From: Lophium mytilinum
Taxonomy: Eukaryota
NCBI GenBank assembly: GCA_010093605.1
Contig: MU004181.1
Span: 620,001 to 684,000, forward strand
DNA: 64,000 nt
Direction: 5' to 3'
Under the pieces are notes generated by a model that was given only the letters and a program-made list of their open reading frames with translations, was not told where the DNA came from and did no database searches. Shown here piece by piece: positions 52,695 through 64,000 of the stretch. Made by a program: the position numbers and the translations under genes. Each line of letters begins with the position of its first letter. Positions within the stretch are counted from its first letter, which is position 1.

Positions 52695-54540
52695 TAGAGT
52701 AGTCAGCATGATCAAAAGGACAAATGCGACATCATGGAAGAACGCAATGTCCACAAAACGTGGTGGAAGATCTTGAATACACCATCTCGACATGTCGGAT
52801 CTTGTTCTACCCAGAGCCATCCGAATGCCCACGAGAACCCGGAGACTAAAAAGACAGTATTTGTCCAGCACATCAAGCGAGTTTGCTAAGCACTAAAAGC
52901 ATCAAGGGCGGAGGAGTTCGACAGTGTAACGTAAGACGTGCCCGGATATCAACCTAGTCCGGTACCCGCGGGCGCATTGTCGTAAAGAAGGGTGCGAGTT
53001 TGGTCATGACGATGCAAGGACCAGGGAACGGCTTTGGATTGGTCACAATTGTGCTGAGCATTGAAACGTGGACCAGGGCTCGGAATCAATCAACCAATCG
53101 AACAGTTGATCGAATCAATCGAAGTCTTGGCAACTCGATTGACTTGATTAGCCATCTAGAAAAGGTTTAATTAATTAATATTACAAGGCCTAATTAATTA
53201 AAAATTAGAGTTATTAAACCTTATATATAAGTATAGTAGTGTTAATATTCTTTAAGCTTAGAGGTCTATAATTCTTAGCCTTCTATTAGCTTCCTCTTAA
53301 GCTAACTAACTAGCCTACTTACTATTTTTAGCCTTTCTATTTTATACTTACTATTATCTATATACTTACTATAAACTATATACTTTCTATTTTCTATATA
53401 CTTTCTATTTTATATAGCCTTAATAAATTACTAAAATATAGAGTTTTTATAATAGCGCCTATATAATAGTACTACTACTACTACTATACTACCGCGTTCT
53501 AATTAATAGGCTATTACTTCTTTATTATTAACCTATAGTTATTATTCTTAACATCCGGCTTATTAGTAAACCTATTAACCTGCTATCTAACTCTCTTCTA
53601 CTAATACCTTATCTACCTATAAACGCCGCCCTACTTCTAAATATAACGCCGTAAATATTTCTATACCTTATCTCCCGCAAGTATCTAATGCTAACAAGCT
53701 ATAAGGCGTACGTAATGCGCGTAATTAATAATAATAGAAGGAAGCTATATAGCTAGCGTATAATAACGCCTATAATAGAATTAATTAGAGTTATCTAGAG
53801 GGCTATTATTAATCTATAGAAGGTATATTTAACTACTTTAAAGTAACTTAGTAGCACGGCTATAAGGTTATTTAAGAATTAAATAATATATAGTATTAGC
53901 TATATAAGATCTACTATTAATAAAGAGTATATTTATTCTATATTTATATAGATAATAGAATATTAAATTATACTAAGTACCTAGTAAAAGTATATAGAAT
54001 TTTTCTTAGAAAGTATATAGTACTAGTAGTAAAGCTTTTAATAATAGAATAGCTATAACTATTAGCTAATTATCTAAAAGAATAGTAGATAATTAATACT
54101 ATTATCCGCGGCTTCTAATCTACCCGGTTCTTCTAGCTTCTTCTCTAATAGATAGTGCATATAAAGATACTATTTATAGCTATTAATAGTTCTCTATTTT
54201 ACGCGCTTCTTATATACCTTAATAAGGCTATTAAGGTTAGCTAGTACCTAGTTAGTAATAAGACTATACACGGTATAGTAATATTAGAGTTCTATTACTA
54301 TTAATAAACTATTAAGGCTATACTTACTAAGGCACCTAGTAAGCTATACTTCTTAATAGATATCTAGACTATATATAATAGAAAGTTACTACTTAAAATT
54401 AATACTTACTTTATAGATATTAATAATAAGTACTATTTAATCTTACTAGTATTACTAGAGTTACTTAATATATATAGTGGCACTAAGCTTAAGAAAATAG
54501 TAATAGAAATATTTAAGGTATAATAGTCTATCTAAGTATA

Positions 54541-54760
54541 TATTATATTAGCCTCTCTATTATATATTAGCCTCTCTATTATATATTAGCCTCTCTATTA
54601 TATATTAGCCTCTCTATTATATATTAGCCTTTCTATTATAGATTAGCCTTACTATTATATATTAGCTTTACTATTATATATTAGCCTATATATAGCTATA
54701 CTATTTTACTATATACTCTCTATTTTACTATATACTCTCTATTATACTATATACTCTCTA
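54541..54760 (+). repeat. Minisatellite (~18-bp unit, ATTATATATTAGCCTCTCT-like) inside the hAT
   Basis: Visible tandem iterations. Confidence 0.85.
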
Positions 54761-55387
54761 TTTTATTTTACTACTTAGCTAACTATCTATCTATCTTAGT
54801 TATTTAAAATCCGCCTAGAGCAGGTTAGCTATATTATTACTAATAATGCCCCTAATCTAGATATCCTTTTATAAGAGATAGCTAACTTTAGCATTAATAA
54901 ATATACCTAGTAACTATATTACCTTAGCTATATTATAAACCTAATTATTAGTACTCTCTTTATAGGTAAGTAGAAGGGAGAGTTTATAGAGAATTATAAT
55001 TATAACCTACTAGATAAGAAGATAGTATTAGAGCTATAAATCTAGCGCCGCATTAAACTAATTATAAAGCTGTAATATATTATAATATAGCTATTTAATT
55101 CTAAAAAGTGCATGCAGCGCCTGCTAAAGAGCTAGCTATAGGCTAGTAAGAAGAAGAAGCTTCTACCTATTAAGCTAGTAGTAACTAGATAGAATACCCT
55201 TAAGTTAATAATAGAGCGTATAGTTAAGATCTAGGTATATATTAATATAGTAGTTATAGAAGAGGTTATAGATATATATAGTTATATAGTCTTTATACTA
55301 TTCTTATACTTACTATTCTTATATCTACTATTATTTATATATTTACTATAATCTATATACTTTCTATTTTCTATATACTTTTTATTT

Positions 55388-55520
55388 ATTATTAGCCCTT
55401 CTATTTATTAGCCCTTCTATTTATTAGCCCTTCTATTTATTAGCCCTTCTATTTATTAGCCCTTCTATTTATTAGCCCTTCTATTTATTAGCTCTTCTAT
55501 TTATTAGCCCTTCTATTTAT
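55388..55520 (+). repeat. Minisatellite (16-bp unit TTATTAGCCCTTCTAT) inside the hAT
   Basis: About 8 tandem copies. Confidence 0.9.
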
Positions 55521-57230
55521 ATAGCCTACTAATATCTAATAGTATAGTAATTATATTAGGGCAGGGCTATATAGAATAATATATAAGTACTACCTATATA
55601 AATAAGAAAGAAGCTATAGATTATTAAAAGCTATCTTATAGATCTAGACTAGATTATAATTATTAAATATTTAGAGCTTTTAAAGCTATTTAAGATTACT
55701 ACTAAGCGCCTAGAAGGTTATATTCTAGAGAAAGGGGATAGCTCTCTATAGAAGGTTCTTTCTATATTTAAAAAGCTACTATACTATCTAGAAAGGTATA
55801 AGGTTTAGTATACTAACTATTCTAATAGCTACTTTAAAAGCGGTATTAATCTAGTATAGATAAAGCTAGATAAGTACTATAAGTATACTAATAGCTCGCC
55901 TATATATATTACCGCTATTATTCTTAATCTAATAATAAAATAGTAATAGGCGCATAAGTTCTAGATAAAAGAGTAGATTAAGGTAGTAGAAAAGAAGGTA
56001 AAAGGCCTATAATTAGAATATAAGAATATAGTTATTAAGTACTAAAAGAGGTAATAGCTAGAAGTATCTATATATAATAATAATAACTTCTATAGTAGCG
56101 CCTTTTTAAATAGCTTCTTAATAAGTACTTTATAGTTAGTAACTCCTTTAGATTCTAGTACTCTAATACCTACGCCTGCACTTAATAATAAGTATACTAG
56201 ATAGATTGCCCGTAGATTATATAAGAATAACATCTTAGTAATTAATCTAATAGAGTATTAGATTATAAAGCTTAAAGAACCTTAATTCTCTTAATTAGTA
56301 TATATAGCTCTTAACCTTATATCTTACCCTACTATAAGTACGTTTAATAAGCGAGACTTTAACTAAACCGGCTTACTATAGAACTTAAGGAGGTCTACCT
56401 TATATATAAACGTTATAGGCGCGTACATTGCATTAATATTATGGGATAGAGAGGGCCTTATTAATATAGTAGATGGAGGCCTTATACGGGGGCGGCAGCT
56501 AAAGCGGCAGCGAGAGGAGGAAGATGAGCTAAAGGATGAGCGGGAGGATGAGCGGGAGGATAAGCGGGAGGATAATACTAAGGAGGATGATGACTTATAT
56601 AACTAAATTACTAACCGTGTGCGCCAAGCCTTTAATATATTTAATCTTTCAATTAATTTAATATTAAATCAATTAATTCAATTAATTTGAACCTCTGCTA
56701 ATTAAGCAGTCGATTTGATTGATATTACGAAGCCTGATTGATCGATCGGTTGATTCCGAGCCCTGACGTGGACTGAGCTGGCTTGGAACTTCCATTGTCT
56801 CTCAGGTTGTATCTGCTAGGATTAGTCTTATATTTCGGTTTGGACACTCATTCCTTGCAATGTTATAGATCGCAACGTGTGATTTAACGCTTTCTCTTCT
56901 TAAGCTTGAGTTCGTGCAAATCTCGGGGATGTTGTGAATTAGACAATATTTGTGTGCATTTTGCCTGGCGGGCTACGGCGTCTGAAGTCCTCCATGCTGT
57001 CCAGAAAACTAGCAGCGGTATCCGTTTTTCTTGTGCCTAACCCGCAAATAGCCTTCGGTTATTTCTATTTGAGAAGACGGCCTTGACTTTCGGATCAAAG
57101 CTTTTCGTTGGTAGCATCGCGATCTACTCAACTTCTACAAGGTGATTTCGCGGTTGAGATGGAGTAGCATATGCATCTCTGAAACTTTGTCCTGTTCTTG
57201 ATGCTTGATTTGGTGGTCTGACAACTACTT

Positions 57231-58759
57231 TTAGAGAGTCCGATCGATATCGTACAACACATCTGTCCGTATCACATACTTCGCCGATGGCTTTTCCCCT
57301 TCTCTTACCCCCGTGCCCTCATGTAATAGCGCCCCCTCAACCTCACCATGTGGAAACATCGCGATGCTACCCTGAATCGGCTTAACAGGGTAGGCATTCA
57401 GACTCCCTTCTTTCACACTCGGCAAGAAGAAAGTCGTCTCCCCACCCTCAAACTCGTCGTTCAGATAGATCAGGAACGTAAAGAGTGATGATTGCTTGGC
57501 ACCGGGCGGAGAAGCGTCGTATATGTACTTATTAGCTACGGGATCTTCCGAGGAAGGGGGCCAGGCGCCGTCGATATGAATGCGGTATTCGGCATGCGGG
57601 ACATATCTATAGACTCGGAACCGGCGGTTTAGGCCTCGAACGGCCTTGCCATCGACCGCTGGAGGGATGAAGGGGGCGACGCGGCTCCAGAGGCCGGCGC
57701 AGAATGTATTGTCGGCGAGCCAGTAGACGTTGTGGGCAAGGATACTAGTTTCTTCGCCTTCGGCACGGATGGGAGCATCGGGTGTGAAGCCTATTGTTTC
57801 TGTGGCAGCTATGATTCGAGTGCATTCGTCTGCTGTGAGTGCGTCTTTTAGAACATGAAGATTTGGGACGTTAGGATGCTTGTGATGAGTTGTGTTCGGT
57901 GGCTCGGACGAAAACGGGATGGTCTTGTCGTTGGAGGCATGTACAATCGCTGGGTGATGATTAGGCGGCTTCCGTTCGGGGCCTGGAGTCCTCTCGATGG
58001 TGCGGAAGCAAGATGTAATGTTGAACTGCAGAGCTATAGAGCTCTTGCGAAAAATGCTCCGATCCAGGACACTCGCATATGTATCGGCTCTATTCTTGGT
58101 CCCTCTTAGATTCCACGCTTTCCGGGGAATGATTGGACCGTCTAATGCGGTATCTGGGTCAACTGTACGATCCACCGGCCCGATGACTCGTGCGATTGCG
58201 TCCAAAACTTTGAGCACTTGCTCTTCTTTTGCGCTTCTCTTCGCATCCTTCACGTGAACCTGCTCGGCTAATCCACTAACAACGTCCAAGTCCCGCACCC
58301 ATCGACATAGTGCGCCTAGTTTCGGTACTTGATCTCGAATACGCATTTCTGCGAGCGAGATGCGAGCTTCAACATAGCCCTCGTCAGCCAGAGCACCACT
58401 GATCTTTGCGGTGAGGTTCGAGTCATCTTCATCGGATGGTTAGCATATGCAAGCCATTCGGAAAGTCAAGACTTACCAGCGGAATTGAAACCTATCGTGC
58501 AAGCCTTGCGGAACCCAAAGACAGCGGTCCGCAAGTCTCTGCAAGCTTTTGACTTTAGCACACTTGGATTGGCTGCAAGTGTATTCAAGGTATCGACACT
58601 GATTTCGATATCGTCTTCGGTAAGCATCAGATCATGTAGTGTTTTTGATGAAGCCGGTGCATCTGGTGGTGGCGTGACAATTGCTGAAGTCTTCGTTTTC
58701 TTGCTGCTCTTGCTATTTTGCGGCTCTTGGTTTGGCCTTTTGGCCTTGTTTTTAGCCAT
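57231..58759 (-). CDS. 2OG-Fe(II) oxygenase, prolyl-4-hydroxylase-like
   Basis: Exons 58759-58477 and 58426-57231; HID, IYLNDEFEGGET, LHEG and KYVIRTD motifs. Confidence 0.9.
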
Positions 58760-59477
58760 CTTTGAGATGGAGAGAAAAGCGAGGGTTGACGGTCGAGGAA
58801 GAGCTCTCTCGAATACGGAGTACTCCAAGCACGGTCCCTACGCTCTGGCGAAATGAACTCTATGTCCAATGGTGGCCAACGTACTCGCCCGGAACTTGCA
58901 GTAAGGCAACAAGATTTAAAATAGAGTATGGCTGCAAATGTAGAGAAAATAGATGTCGAAGGGGAGTTGCAAAGTGGTGCTGTGGCAAAACGGACCGGAG
59001 AAAATGCTCCTCCGATGACCACGTGATCTTCCATCCCCAGATCGCGATCCAACGACTTAGAGTCAAGGCAGTTACAACGGTGAGAGAGCTATCTAACGGC
59101 AAGTCTGACTGTTCTGTTGGCCTACATCTCCTTCTTCAACAATATGATCAGGCTCTCGTTGGAGCACGTGACAAACTAGCCTCGAATAGGCCACTGTTTG
59201 AATTTCAATTCTATATATCATCTGAAATCTCGCTAGACTAAGTGCTTATAATGTTCCTTGTCCTACGCATCTGACTTCGCGCCGTCGCGTTGAGCAATCG
59301 GGCGCTTTACAGTCGGCTCTCCCCTGGGATATCTGTGGAAGACTATCCTGAAGCACTATCCAGTGCGGCGAGGGTTGAACCACTGTGCCTCAATGGGCGA
59401 CGTAATGCTTCCTTCAGGTTGAAGAAGGTCTCTCACCTCCTCGATCTTGACGTTGAGTCCAATCCACTGCTTTCCCC

Positions 59478-60408
59478 TCACTTCTCAAGCCTCTCACTAT
59501 TCTCATTCCCATACCCGCCCTTCCCTTCCAAACTCTCATACGTCTTCCCCTGCCCCGCCTTCCCATTCCGCGGCCCCCTCTCATCCAAATCCTCCTGCAA
59601 CCACTTCAACACCAACTCCCCCAACTGACTATTCCCCGTCACCACTCGATCCTTCGTGTCGCTCACCAAATCAAACTCCGTCATGCTGCCCCACTTCTTC
59701 ACCTTACCAAGACTCATGTGCACCAAATGCGTTGGCCACTGCGCCAGATTATCCAGAATATGCGTCGCGTACACAATTGTGCATTTCCGGATCTCTGTCT
59801 CCCGCTTCAGGAACCCAAGGAAGTTACTCCGGCTCAGCAAGTCTAGATCGACGGTGATCTCGTCTAGCAGCAAGACGGTCCACGGCCGCAGCAGGCCCAT
59901 GGCTAATTGAACGCGCCTCCGTTCGCCATCGCTGACGGCGTGCATACGCCACGCGAGGTCGATGTCTAGTATGTGCACCAGCTCGTCGCGGCGGTCCGAG
60001 TAGTAGTCACCGCCAACGGAAGCGAGGAGGGTAGGGACGTCGATGTCGGTGCGCACGATGGGGTTCAGGACCCATTCGAGTCCCAGGTAGGTGACGCCTT
60101 CGAGGCCTTCTTTGAAGGGATCGATTCCGGATATGGAGACGGTATTGGAGGGGGCCATGCGCTTGCCGGAGAGTAGGCGGAGGAGGGTTGTTTTGCCTGC
60201 ACCGTTGGCTGTGATTTATGGTTAGTCATGAAAGGTCATTCTAAACGGGGAAGTTGGGAGGAGCCTGGCGCATACCTCCTATCAGCAGCGTCCGGCTTCC
60301 TGGTGGGAGGTGAAGGAAGACCTCTTGCAGCCCGCTGGAGCCATCAGGAAACTTGTAGCTCAGGTCGTGCACGTCAATTGACGGGGCGACGTCTTGGGCA
60401 GAAGCCAT
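59478..60408 (-). CDS. CAF16: CCR4-NOT-associated soluble ABC ATPase Caf16
   Basis: Exons 60408-60276 and 60208-59478; [29 protein letters not shown] and YATHI motifs. Confidence 0.92.
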
Positions 60409-60662
60409 TATGAGTTCCTCGAGTCCGTTTCCTAAGAAATAACAAACCGAAAAGAAGGTGGTACGACTACATTTTGTATGCTGCGGAAGGTACCTTTGTA
60501 AGACGTTAGTGGTGTCGTCACTAGAATAGGTGGGGCAGAAAGTCTGGAAAAGGAAGGCGGCAGGGAATTTCCCGCTCACCGCTTTCCGGGGTCTTCTAAA
60601 ACCCCGAATTTCCAATGTCATAGGGCGCACTGTTCACCAGGTCATGAAGAAACTGTAGATGG

Positions 60663-62269
60663 ATGTCACGTTTGCTGCAGCAAATATTGCCGAAGTCGTT
60701 GAGGATGTTGCGACCGCCGCAGAAGCCCCTCGTCGCTATTATCGGCGCGACGGGGACGGGAAAGTCTGAGGTGAGTTACGACATTACCACTGCTCTTTTC
60801 TAGAAGTGTACTGATCACATTAGATAGCTAGCAGTCGAAATAGCACGCCGATTCAATGGCGAAATCATTAACGGTGATGCCATGCAGCTCTATCACGGCC
60901 TGCCCGTTATCACCAATAAGATTCCCGAAGTAGAGCAAAAAGGCATACCGCATCATTTGCTAGGATGTATAGGGCTGGAGCAAGAGACATGGACAGTGGG
61001 AAAATTTGTGGACAAGGCGTTGGGCGTGGTATGCAGATTCCATCAAAAGCAATCATACGCCATGCGCGATCATTCAATGCGATTCTGATACGTTACTGCT
61101 CCTAGATTGAAGAAATCCGATCCAGGAACCAACTCCCTGTCCTAGTAGGCGGAACACACTACTACACGCAATCCCTCCTCTTCCACGACATCCTCGCCGA
61201 CGACACGGCCTTGTCTAGCTCGAACAACCAGCACTTCCCTATCCTAGATGAGCCCACAGATGTGATACTTACGAAACTGCAAGAGGTCGACCCGATAATG
61301 GCGGAGCGATGGCACCCAACGGACCGCCAGAAGATTAGACGCTCCCTGGAGCTCTTTCTCAAAACGGGGAAGCCGGCGAGTAAGATATACGAGGAACAGG
61401 CGATAAGACGGCAAGCTGTCGTTGATGCTGATAATCCAGCTGATGATGGTGAGCGCGAAGGAAAAAGTGGCGGACTGACGATGACCATGCGCTTCCCAGC
61501 TCTCATCTTCTGGATCCACGCCTCGCGGGAAGCACTATGTAAACGGCTCGATGGCCGAATCCTGAAAATGTTGGAAAATGGGCTGTTGGAAGAAGTCAGC
61601 ACGTTGTCCATATTTCGCGAGGGACAAGAAGCGAAGGGCTTCGCTGTTGATCAAACGCGAGGTATATGGGTCTCAATTGGGTACAAAGAGTTTCTGGCGT
61701 ATCGTACAGCTCTTGCGAGTGGGGCAGCGGATGCACAAGAGTTGGCAAGGCTGAAAGAAGCGGCAGTCGCTCACACGCAGGCGGCAACACGGCAATACGC
61801 AAACCGACAGGTGAAGTGGATCCGGATCAAGCTGATGAACGCACTTGCTGGGGCAGGCCAAACTACGAATATTTTCCTGCTGGACGGGACTGACCTCGCG
61901 ATCTGGGATGAGCGAGTCATCAGTCCTGCGATGGGGATCACGGAGAAGTTCCTCAACGGCGACTCTCTTCCACCGCCCGTGGACGTTTCGGATATCGCGA
62001 CGGAGCTGCTAAAGCCGAAGAGCGAGGACCTGAGCCAGAGACGGGATCTATGGGGCAAGAAGACATGCGAAGTCTGCGGCATCGTGGGTACCACTGTGAA
62101 CGATTGGGAGCAGCATATCAAGAGTAGGGCCCATCGAAGAGCTGTTGCCATCAAAGAAAAGAAGAAAGTGAAAGAGCAAATGAGGGAGCGAGGGCTGAAA
62201 ATGGACGCCCAAAAAGAGGTGATTGACGTGCTCGAGAACCATCTTGATTTATTTGCGGAGGAGCAATGA
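60663..62269 (+). CDS. MOD5: tRNA dimethylallyltransferase (tRNA-IPT)
   Basis: [45 protein letters not shown] and C-terminal CxxC..HxxxxxH zinc finger; two introns. Confidence 0.95.
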
Positions 62270-62832
62270 ATCTGACGGAGCGATCGTCGAAACGTCCAGG
62301 ATTCAATCGCAAGCCAGAAGTCTGGGCACACTGCTTCTGGGTACCCTCATAAGGTTTCAACCCTCTAGCCGCGATTTCAAGTTCCAGACAGTGCAAATCA
62401 GACTGCTACGCACCTCACCGCCTACTAGATGGCCGGGCTGCTCTCTCGGTGGTGTCAAGGGAGCAAATTGGAGCTGAACGGGATTCAGTCTGTGTGTCCA
62501 GACTTATGGCTTAGTACTGTACCTTCCAGGCCATGCTCTACTCTTGGATATGAGGAAGTGCATCCGGAGATGCTCCAAACTAGGGAGCAAGAGCTTTGTA
62601 GAAAGTCACAGAGCACTTGTCTTCCAGAAAAGTAGTTTTCCAAGATGGTCATCTCCAATTGCTACCTACCTAGCTCCAGTTTGTCAGACCAACTAAGGCT
62701 TGCTACAACGGTGCCAGAACTGTAGGTAAAACGCTTATAAACGCTCATAACCCTTCAAACCCTCATTCCCGCCAAAGACTAGAAGACTGCTACTTGATAC
62801 TCAAACCTCATAGACCGTAGTCACATTTCAAA

Positions 62833-63215
62833 ATGTCAACAAACTCAGCACCCCCGTCAACGCCTACTCAAACCAGCATAATCCAACGCATCTTCTGGCT
62901 CATCTTGATTCAGTGCCATCGTCACTTGGTTCTGCCTCCAGAGCTAACCCCATCGTAGACCTTAAAGGAGCAACCGGAGATCCGAGAATATTGCTCATGT
63001 GCGGCCGTACCGACGCTGATCCGAACAAGCTGGAGTGGAAAGCAGAGGTCGCGGACTACGACCAGCGGTCCGACCAGAACGAGGACTTTAGTTTCAAGGC
63101 AAATGCGAAGTGGTATGGCCCTTGTGGAGGAGGTAGTTCTAAAGAGGCTCTGGAGGGATTGGAGTTGCAGGTGGAATTTGACTGGAAGAAGAAGCAAGCA
63201 GAGGCATCGAGCTAA
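62833..63215 (+). CDS. Small hypothetical protein, apparently frameshifted at a C5 run near 62850
   Basis: ATG 62833 in good context is out of frame with the 62913-63215 ORF; adding one C joins them. Confidence 0.35.
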
Positions 63216-64000
63216 GCTACGAGTACGGAGCCCCGCTTTTTGCTGCCGCAGCGAGTTACGAATATTTCGGTAGGCGGTTTCATGGTGGGAAATGATGCTA
63301 CAGAAGTCGTAAACATGGGATCAGAACTGTGCGACAGGATAATTACAGTGAAGTGCTAGGTGCGGTATCAAGCATCGTTGTCATCGTCCTCACTGTCGAT
63401 ACCTAGGCCCATGAGTTATGCCGGTGCGCAGCTCTCTTCGCCGCACTCTTGGCGATACCGAGTTAACGAGAGCCCGAAGATCGTACGCTAAATAGCCTCA
63501 TACACGCGTGTGCCCTGCTCAGGTGTCTCCAAGCGGCGATGATAAATAAGCGAGCTATCTAGGTATTCCAGTGGGATGTTGCTGTTTCGCCCCCAATACC
63601 AAGATGTTATTTTCTTACACCTGCACGTTCGGAGTCGCAGGATTCCCCTAGGTCTGATTGGGAAAAGACGATTGTCAAAGCGCTATCTTTAGATTTACCC
63701 AGGTAGGTAGGCGAGGCTACTTATCCCGAACTTAGCCACAGCTACCTTAGCACTCCCACCGTGCCACCCTACTCATTTGCGTTTCAGGATAGGCTCTTAG
63801 CTAGTCTCTACCCCACCACACCATCGTATTCCTGGATTAGATCATCCTGTCAGCCTTGCCAGGCTAGCTCGGCTGGCTCGGCTGTAAATGCGGGACGTTG
63901 CGGGCATAAACCTGGCATACGGATGTCGTACTTCCTCCATCCTGCACGGCTGGCTCCCTACATACCTAGTACATCCTGCTGGTCATAGTTGACAGGCACG

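Larger units (their letters stand above)
53074..56765 (+). mobile_element. hAT-superfamily DNA transposon (3692 bp) inactivated by RIP
   Basis: TIR CAGGGCTCGGAATCAA at both ends; 8-bp TSD ACGTGGAC (53066-53073 / 56766-56773); extreme TpA enrichment; relic TR*(W)N motif (~55185) and dimerisation-domain-like AL.L.S.P..S...R.F (~56305-56360). Confidence 0.93.

Noticed and set aside
54541..55520. Regular repeats resembling a CRISPR array or telomere
   Set aside because: No unique spacers and no TTAGGG; these are RIP-altered minisatellites inside a eukaryotic transposon.

Overview
Filamentous ascomycete genomic DNA (GT-AG introns with CTAAC/CTGAC branch points, RIP-like TpA-rich relics). Ordinary metabolic and secreted-protein genes lie at the left end (1-9.4 kb), and conserved housekeeping genes lie at the right end (2OG-Fe(II) oxygenase, CAF16, MOD5-type tRNA isopentenyltransferase). 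Between them is a long accessory-type interval. (i) 10.3-22.8 kb: three diverged HeLo-like/NACHT/ankyrin NLR genes, all ending in a C-terminal hydrophobic tail-anchor-like helix; one is frameshifted. (ii) A GH131 gene, a PTH11-like receptor and a membrane protein. (iii) A gene-free ~3.9 kb stretch holding a degenerate ~700-bp periodic array of E-box/TATA modules. (iv) An APH/choline-kinase-like phosphotransferase, a sirtuin relic and an SDR. (v) A MITE-disrupted DUF3435-like tyrosine-recombinase (Starship captain-like) relic, followed by a processive GT2, a SUKH/SMI1-KNR4 protein, a GH11 xylanase and an epoxide hydrolase. (vi) A complete but RIP-destroyed 3.7-kb hAT transposon. Family assignments come from motif recognition by eye; no database searches were run.
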